A stretch of DNA of 64,000 bases from Dehalococcoidia bacterium (GTDB lineage: Bacteria > Chloroflexota > Dehalococcoidia > SpSt-223), in assembly GCA_025054935.1 (NCBI GenBank), contig JANWZD010000002.1:172145-236144 (forward strand). The letters are read 5' to 3'. Below the pieces are notes generated by a model, which saw only the letters and a list, made by a program, of their open reading frames with translations, ran no database searches and was not told where the DNA came from. Numbering within the stretch: the first letter of the stretch is position 1; each line of letters begins with the position of its first letter. Position numbers and translations under genes: made by a program. Shown one piece after another: positions 58,235 to 64,000 of this stretch.

Positions 58235-59548
58235 TCACGATTTCGAAGCCGAAGAAGCGCGGGATGTCCCGGCGGGGAGAGGCGGTGAGACGCGTTCGCC
58301 AGCGTTGACCCGGCGGCTGAACTGCTCCCCGCGCGTGACGAGGGCGACGGCGAGCGCGGAGAGCAGGCCGAGCCCAACGAGCAGTGCCCATGGGAGCGCG
58401 GTCAAGCCGGCGGTGCGCTGCGCGTCAAAGGCGAAGCCGGTGAGGGTATTGCCGATTGTGGCGCCAATCCCCGACCACATCCAGAACACGCCGGTGTAGG
58501 TGCCGAGCAGGCGGTCGCCGGCGAGCAGGGGAATGAGGGCCATCTGAAAGGGGCGGACGATGAGAAGCCCGAACGTGAGGATGGCCGCCGCAAGCAGAAC
58601 GGGGCTGGCATTGATCAGCGCGGCAAAAATGCTCTCGCCGGGAAGGGGGAGGAACAACGCGCCGACGAGCGGCGGCACGAATGCCAGCCCCATCACGAGG
58701 ACCCCCCACGGCAGCGACGCCGCTTCTCCCCACCGTTCTTGGCAGAACGAGGTGACCCGCAGCTGGCCGAAAATAGTCATCGCCGAGGAGATGAAGAAAA
58801 TCGCTCCGACAAGCAGTTCGCTCCCCGTCAGGCGGCGGATCTCCAGCGGCAGCCCGATATAGATCTGGTTGAACAGGGTGAAGAAACCGAGCATCGAGAG
58901 CGAATAGAGAAGGAACGGCCGATTGCCGAACACTTCCCGCCAGCTGCTGAACGCTGAGGCAACTCCTGCGCCGCCCCCGCCGCGCGGCGGAAGAGAGAAC
59001 AGCTGGACGACGCCGAGCACGAAGAACACCGCAGCCGCAGAGAGACAGACGAGCTGAAAGCTGAACTGGAGGAGGACCACGCCGACGAGCGGTCCGAGCA
59101 AGGTGCCGGTTTGGGCGAAGACGGCATCGAGCGCGAACACCTCGGCGCGGCGCTTCGGCGCTTCGGCAGCAAGATAGGCGCGCAGGGAGGGGCCGAAGAG
59201 GGCGCCGGCGAGCCCGGTCAGGATCGCGGCGAGCAGCACCCCCGGCAGGGAGGCGGTGACCCCAAAGAGCAGAAAGCCGATCGTTCGCAGCAGGAGACCG
59301 GCGACGATCACCGGCTTGAACCCGATCTGGTCGGCGAGTGTTCCGCCGAGGATTGTCAATCCTTGCTGGCAGAAGACCCGCACCCCGAGGATGATCCCGA
59401 CAAGCCACGCAGGAAAGCCCAGCGTATCGGCGAAGTAGGTGGCGAGATACGGAAAGAGCATAAAAAAGCTGAGGAAGATCGTCAGATCGTTGATGAGGAG
59501 AAGCTGAACCGGCCGGTCTTGAGCGCGAAAGCGGCGAACGATTTCCAC
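58235..59548 (-). CDS. MFS transporter
   Basis: 12 TM helices with MFS loop motifs (GTLADQIGFKP; ...). The alternative-frame 449-aa ORF on the same strand was rejected. Confidence 0.85.
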   Translation of the reverse strand: MEIVRRFRAQDRPVQLLLINDLTIFLSFFMLFPYLATYFADTLGFPAWLVGIILGVRVFCQQGLTILGGTLADQIGFKPVIVAGLLLRTIGFLLFGVTASLPGVLLAAILTGLAGALFGPSLRAYLAAEAPKRRAEVFALDAVFAQTGTLLGPLVGVVLLQFSFQLVCLSAAAVFFVLGVVQLFSLPPRGGGGAGVASAFSSWREVFGNRPFLLYSLSMLGFFTLFNQIYIGLPLEIRRLTGSELLVGAIFFISSAMTIFGQLRVTSFCQERWGEAASLPWGVLVMGLAFVPPLVGALFLPLPGESIFAALINASPVLLAAAILTFGLLIVRPFQMALIPLLAGDRLLGTYTGVFWMWSGIGATIGNTLTGFAFDAQRTAGLTALPWALLVGLGLLSALAVALVTRGEQFSRRVNAGERVSPPLPAGTSRASSASKS

Positions 59549-59719
59549 GCGGACACTCAGCGGGAGAAGATGCGCAGTCGCTGAAGCAGCCTTCAGTATA
59601 CTGGCCGTGACACGAGGACGTCACGTGCCGCCGCTCTTTCAGCGGCCGGACGGCTCGAGCGGAACGCGGCTGACGGACATCCGCGCCCCCCGCTTGATCA
59701 AAGAGCAAGCAGCAAATCG

Positions 59720-59749
59720 GCGAGCCGTCCCCGGTTAGAGACGGCTCGC
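59720..59749 (-). terminator. hairpin terminator candidate downstream of the SBP gene (10-bp stem GCGAGCCGTC/GACGGCTCGC, 10-nt loop)
   Basis: Perfect 10-bp GC-rich stem 59720..59729 / 59740..59749, about 110 nt after the stop of 59857..61416. It is followed on the minus-strand transcript by a moderately U-rich run (CGAUUUGCUGCUUGCUCUU), not a clean U-tract. Confidence 0.4.
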
Positions 59750-59856
59750 GTTGCAGCGGGGGGAGATGAGGCACGCGCGCTGAGCGCCCCGCCTGCCTGA
59801 CGGCGGCCGAGCGAAACCTCCGGGGGAGGCGCCAGCCTTGCTCCCCCGAGAGCGGT

Positions 59857-61416
59857 CTATGCCTTCTTGCGGATGATGTCGAAGCGGGGCTCTTGGTCGC
59901 CGCGCGGGATGACGTTTTCGAGCTTGCTGCTGGCGGCCCAGAGGCGAACCCCGTCGACGAGAAAGAGGAACGGCGGGTTCTCGTACATCACCTCAATCGC
60001 TTTCTGCAGCAGCTCGACCCGCTTCTTCTCATCCATTTCGGTCAGGGACGCGAGGTAGTAGCGGTCGAATTCGGGGTCGTTATGCCGGCGCGCCGGCTCC
60101 GGTTCGTTGCCGCGGAACCAGGTCAGCGCGAAGTCGGCGTCCATTGCCGGGGAGTTGAGCAGCCCCGCGGTGAGGATATGCGCCCGCTGCGTTCGGCCGT
60201 ACCAGTGGTCGAGCAAGAACGCGGAGTCGGCAGACTGTTCGATTGCAGCCTCGATCCCGACATCGCGCAGGTTGCTCTGGATGAGCAGGAAGGTCGGCTC
60301 CGCCGCCGTCGTGCCGAGGGTGACCGCCATCCGGATCCGAAAGCCAGTCGGGTAGCCCGCCTGCGCCAGCAGCTGGCGCGCCCGCGCCGGATCGTACGGA
60401 TACGGCCGGATGTTCGGGTTGTAGCCGACCGTCGTCGTCTGGACAACCTGGCCCGTCGGCCGCGTCAGTCCTTTGAAGATGTCGCGGGCGATCGCCTCCT
60501 TATCAACGGCGTAGTTGATCGCCTGGCGAACCAGCTTGTTCTGTGTCGGCTCGCCGGCAAGGGTACTGAAGATGAACGCGCCGATTGTCTGGCCTTGGTT
60601 GAAGACGATCACCTGCATCCCGGCGCGCGTCACCGCTTCATACTGGTCGATCGGCACATTGTCGATCAGGTCGAGTTCGCCGGTCCGCAGCCCGGCGATG
60701 CGTGCCGACGCCTCCGGAACCGACCGCACCAAAATCTCGCTCGCGCCCGGCTTCGTCGGATAGTGCGGGTTGGCGACGAGCAACAGCCGGTCGGTGCCGT
60801 TGAACTCTTTCACCATGTACGGACCGGTGCCCATCCCTTTGGTGGCGAACTCGGCAGGACCGATCCGCTCGAGATAGGCCTTCGGCACGATCACGACAAG
60901 GGCGACCCGCTTGAGCAGGATCGGGTCCGGACCCTTCGTCGTGATCCGGATCGTCGACGGATCGACGATCGTCGTCTGGTCGATGGTGCCGGTCCGGGCG
61001 AGAATGGCAAGACGGAGCTCGGGGTTGGTCGCTCGGTCGAGACTGTATTTCACATCCTCGGCTGTCACCGGGCTGCCGTCGTGGAACTTGCGGTTCGGCG
61101 CGAGTTTGAACTCCCACGTTGTCGCGTCAACATTGCGCCATGAGGAGGCGAGCGCCGGCTCCAGCCGGCCAGCTTCGTCCTGAGCAACGAGACACTCATA
61201 GAGGCCATAGCGGCGCGGGTTGTTCCCGATCGCCGCGTGCGGGTCGAGGGTGGTGATGCTCGTCGAGATCGCGATGTTCAGCTTGAAGTCTTGAAGCATC
61301 ACTGGGCCGGTGACGCTCCCCGCTGTCTGGGTCGGCGCGGCAGGAGCGCAGGCCACTCCGACGAGAGCGAGCGCGGCGAGCGGTCTGAGCAGGTTCGGAG
61401 GTAGCGGCCGGAACAT
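59857..61416 (-). CDS. ABC transporter substrate-binding lipoprotein, family 5 (peptide/nickel type)
   Basis: Lipoprotein signal (LAALALVGVACAP) and SBP_bac_5 motifs (NIAISTSITTLDPHAA...RKFHDGSPVTAEDVKYSLDR). Confidence 0.85.
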   Translation of the reverse strand: MFRPLPPNLLRPLAALALVGVACAPAAPTQTAGSVTGPVMLQDFKLNIAISTSITTLDPHAAIGNNPRRYGLYECLVAQDEAGRLEPALASSWRNVDATTWEFKLAPNRKFHDGSPVTAEDVKYSLDRATNPELRLAILARTGTIDQTTIVDPSTIRITTKGPDPILLKRVALVVIVPKAYLERIGPAEFATKGMGTGPYMVKEFNGTDRLLLVANPHYPTKPGASEILVRSVPEASARIAGLRTGELDLIDNVPIDQYEAVTRAGMQVIVFNQGQTIGAFIFSTLAGEPTQNKLVRQAINYAVDKEAIARDIFKGLTRPTGQVVQTTTVGYNPNIRPYPYDPARARQLLAQAGYPTGFRIRMAVTLGTTAAEPTFLLIQSNLRDVGIEAAIEQSADSAFLLDHWYGRTQRAHILTAGLLNSPAMDADFALTWFRGNEPEPARRHNDPEFDRYYLASLTEMDEKKRVELLQKAIEVMYENPPFLFLVDGVRLWAASSKLENVIPRGDQEPRFDIIRKKA

Positions 61417-62383
61417 GTTTCTCCTCCCGGTGGCTGCCTGGCGACGCCGTATTCAGGGGCATTGTATCCGGAAAATACTTCAAGGTGAGATATTTCATAC
61501 GAAGCGATCGCTCCGCACTCGGCACGGTCAGCGTGGCTGTCTGACAGGCGGAGCCGGGTTGCCCCGCTGCGCTGCAATGGACGAGCGCGCACCGGGAAGG
61601 GGGCGTCGGTCTGCTGATCGCTGCACGCTCCTCCTGCCGACCTAGCGGACGGGCCAGCTGCCGCTCAGCTGCAACCGTTCCCCCGCCCTACGTTGTGCTC
61701 AGACTGGAAGGCCTTCTTGCCGCCCGCGCGATCACAGCGGCCGACAGTCATCCGTCGGCGAGCCTTGCCGGCATCGCCATCCCGACGCAGGTTCGGGCGC
61801 GTCCTGCCGAACTGTCCCCGGCGCTCGTCTGCGCGCTGCCGATCCCGCCGCATCGCTTCCCGGCCCCCATCGAGGACTACACCCTTCCGCTGGTGCCCCG
61901 CGGCCCGCCGCGGATCGCCGTTCTCGGCAACTCCGCCTGCCGGATCGCGGGGGCGCGCGCAGGCGTGCGCTGATCCTGAGCAGTGGCCCCTCGTGACGGC
62001 TGACCAGAGCGTCGCCAGCGTCTGTCCTGACCGTATCGTGCCCGTCGGCGACTTCTTTTGCCGGGAGGAGCCCTCTTCCTAGCGACCACCCGGGCTGTGC
62101 CGGCAGCCCGTACAGCGCCACCTAGGAGGCGTGGCGCACCGATTGGCTCGCGCCTGCTGCGCCGGCCTTTCTCACCGCGCCGTGGGCACTGGTGCGCAGC
62201 AATCATGCGGTGTGCGAGCGCGGCGGCGAGGGGTGGTTCCGCTACCGCGGCAGGCACTTCGGCTTCATCACCATCGAGCCGTCGGGAACAAGAGCGTGGA
62301 TGGCCGTCGGCGCGACCCGGGGGGAGGCCCGCTGGACGCCTGCGCGGCGGAGGGCAAGCAGCTGGCCAGCCGCTGAGCTGCTG

Positions 62384-62725
62384 TCAGCTGCGGAGGCGGT
62401 CGAAATACAGCCGCTCCGCGGCGATGCGGCCGTCGCGGATTTCGAGGATCGAGACCCATTTTGAGAGGCGGGTGCTGGTCTCGAACACCCCTTCGACCGC
62501 GACATGGCGGCCGTCGTCGCCGATGATGACCAGATGCGCCGTCAATCGCCCGTCGCCGGCGTTGCGCTGATCCTGCGCGACATGAGCGTCGCGGCCGACG
62601 AGCGGCTCGGAGCGGCCCGGCGTCAGATAGGTGACATCGTCGGTGAAACAGTCGGCATAGGCGGCCCAGTCGCGCCGATTGAACGCCTCGATCCAGCGGG
62701 CGACGAGCGCGCGGAGGTCAGCCAT
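62384..62725 (-). CDS. SnoaL-like / NTF2-fold small protein
   Basis: LVARWIEAFNRRDWAAYADCFTDDVTY... (113 aa). Start overlaps the stop of the upstream PBP gene (TGATG). Confidence 0.65.
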   Translation of the reverse strand: MADLRALVARWIEAFNRRDWAAYADCFTDDVTYLTPGRSEPLVGRDAHVAQDQRNAGDGRLTAHLVIIGDDGRHVAVEGVFETSTRLSKWVSILEIRDGRIAAERLYFDRLRS

Positions 62726-64000
62726 CAGTTTGCTACCACGACGGGGATTGTCGTCGTCTGCCGACCGCCGCTGCGGTCGAAGACGTGCAGATAGATCGTG
62801 TAGCTGCCGTTTCGGAACTGCGTGGTTGGGAAAGTCGCGAGAAAGCCGTCGCCGGGTGCGAGCGACTCCCCAATGGCAGTGAACTGGGCGCCGTTCAGCC
62901 CGGGACTGACCTCAACTTTGTAGGCGGCGAAATTTGCCACGTTGGCGATCCCCGAGATCGGCACATTGCCGCGCAGGACGGCGCCGGCCGCCGGCGCGGC
63001 GATCGCGACCCCGAACGGGCCGCGAAGCTGTGGCCCAGGGGTGCCGACCGGCTGCGGCATCACTGGCCCTGGCGTCGGGGTCGGGGTGAAGGCGGCGATC
63101 GCGCAGGGCGCCCAGCGGGTAGGCGGCTGCGGAAGCTCACGCTCTTCTGGAGTGGGGGTGCCCGCGCTCGGCAGCAGGATGTAGAACTCCCGATCCTCGA
63201 CCTCCTCTGGCTTGCATCCTTCGTTGGCGCGCAGGGAGGGGTCGCTCTTCAGAACGAGCACTTTTTCGACCTTGAACCGCGGTGCCGGCGGCTCAAACCC
63301 GCGAATGTAAAGGTCGTTGGAGACGCGGGCGCATTCTGGGGGGAGCCCTTCGGCGACGCAGGTGCGCGGGTTGACCACGCGGGCCGGCTTGTCGTACCAG
63401 AGCTTGCTGACCCAGTGCTTCTCGCCGGCGCCTTCAGCAGGCTGGAAATGGACGCCGTCAAACTCATCCTTCGGGAAATAGCCGAAGGCGCGCTCCATAA
63501 ACTCGTTCCAAATGAGCGCGGGCGTGCGCGACCCGTTCAGCCCCGCCATCGGGCGATTGTCCGAATTGCCGACCCAGATCCCGGTCACAAGGTACGGCGT
63601 GTAGCCCATCGTCCAGCCGTCGCGATGGTCATCTGTCGTGCCGGTCTTGACGGCGGCGGGGCGGCTGAGGCGAAGGGGCGGACCGGTGCCGAACGTCACG
63701 CGGCGCGCCTGCGGGTCGTTGAGCATGTCGGCGATCATGTAGGCGATCTCTTCCGTCAGCACGCGCTCCGGCTGGCGAGCCGGGTCGGTCGCAGCATCGT
63801 AGACCACTTGGCCGTTCTCGTCGAGGATTTTCAGGAACGGCGTGAGCGGCACTTTCAGCCCGAGATTGGCGAACGTTGCATACGCCTGCACGTGATCGAT
63901 CAGCCGCACTTCGCCGCCGCCGAGCGTGATCGCAAGGCCGTACCGGTTTGCATCCTTGAAGCTGGTGATGCCCATCTTCCGAGCGAGCTCGATCATCTCT
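62725..64000 (-). CDS. penicillin-binding protein, PBP1C-like paralogue (C-terminal part only; 5' end beyond window edge)
   Basis: The frame is open to the window end. The visible region aligns motif-for-motif with the C-terminal half of pbpC at 55072..57468 (MGITSFKDANRYGLAITLGGGEVRLIDHVQAYATFANLG vs LGISTWHDADRYDLALTLGGGEVTLLDLTAAYAAFANGG; KTGTT; PbpC-type C-terminal beta-domain). Confidence 0.8.
   Translation of the reverse strand, partial: EMIELARKMGITSFKDANRYGLAITLGGGEVRLIDHVQAYATFANLGLKVPLTPFLKILDENGQVVYDAATDPARQPERVLTEEIAYMIADMLNDPQARRVTFGTGPPLRLSRPAAVKTGTTDDHRDGWTMGYTPYLVTGIWVGNSDNRPMAGLNGSRTPALIWNEFMERAFGYFPKDEFDGVHFQPAEGAGEKHWVSKLWYDKPARVVNPRTCVAEGLPPECARVSNDLYIRGFEPPAPRFKVEKVLVLKSDPSLRANEGCKPEEVEDREFYILLPSAGTPTPEERELPQPPTRWAPCAIAAFTPTPTPGPVMPQPVGTPGPQLRGPFGVAIAAPAAGAVLRGNVPISGIANVANFAAYKVEVSPGLNGAQFTAIGESLAPGDGFLATFPTTQFRNGSYTIYLHVFDRSGGRQTTTIPVVVAN

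Noticed and set aside
58425-59774. 449-aa minus-strand ORF in an alternative frame of the MFS transporter, extending into the upstream intergenic region
   Set aside because: The MFS frame gives 12 hydrophobic helices; this frame gives Arg/Pro-rich sequence.
61695-62121. Overlapping 92-aa (+) and 129-aa (-) ORFs in the gene-poor region
   Set aside because: Not called as CDS: no motifs, and the frames cannot be distinguished from GC-driven open frames without codon-usage scoring; flagged as a region of interest instead.
1-64000. Search by eye for rRNA, tmRNA, RNase P RNA, SRP RNA, transposase/integrase/phage genes, toxin-antitoxin pairs and defence systems (RM, CRISPR-Cas, Abi)
   Set aside because: Nothing with the expected motifs was seen; only one GGTTCGAATCC T-loop occurs (the tRNA-Thr). 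Structured RNAs cannot be excluded without a covariance-model scan.

Overview
Gene-dense, very GC-rich (by eye roughly 68-70% G+C, not computed) chromosomal segment. About 44 protein-coding genes sit on both strands, with one tRNA-Thr(CGU). There is no rRNA, no CRISPR array and no recognisable transposase, integrase or prophage gene. Functional calls rest on motifs read from the supplied translations; no database search was possible. The taxon (possibly a Chloroflexota/Thermomicrobia-like chromosome, suggested by the Wzy-TPR fusion, Ycf48-like propellers and PASTA kinase) is inference only.

The window contains rimM/KH/rpsP, a family-2 glycosyltransferase (GT2) membrane protein, a Tat-exported family-5 solute-binding protein, rlmB-maf and a TolB-like propeller protein. 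There is a Ser/Thr-kinase homologue with degenerate catalytic motifs (putative pseudokinase) directly followed by two paralogous GT-C (GT39/DUF2723-like) membrane glycosyltransferases, each ending in three tandem ~120-aa repeats. Further genes are a DnaQ-like exonuclease, a penicillin-acylase-family Ntn hydrolase, glpX, dapB-dapA, a canonical PASTA Ser/Thr kinase and an M23 peptidase. There is a 778-aa secreted protein with two beta-propeller modules and a five-gene glycan operon (GT4, GT4, epimerase/dehydratase, Wzy_C-TPR fusion, SxxC glutaredoxin-like protein). The rest is parA-parB, pepN, an S1 protease, uvrA, tRNA-Thr with a sigma70-like promoter, an acyl-CoA dehydrogenase, a translationally coupled GlcG-VOC-LLM operon, dcd, an MFS transporter, a second family-5 SBP, a SnoaL-like protein and a second, edge-truncated PBP1C-like gene.

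The most noteworthy items are the pseudokinase plus 2x GT-C module, a pbpC / alpha-2-macroglobulin pair in which the 1930-aa macroglobulin contains no cysteine (so no CxEQ thioester), two low-GC promoter islands, and a ~0.97-kb region with no convincing gene. Many long ORFs in the track are antisense or alternate-frame artefacts of the high GC content and were rejected.
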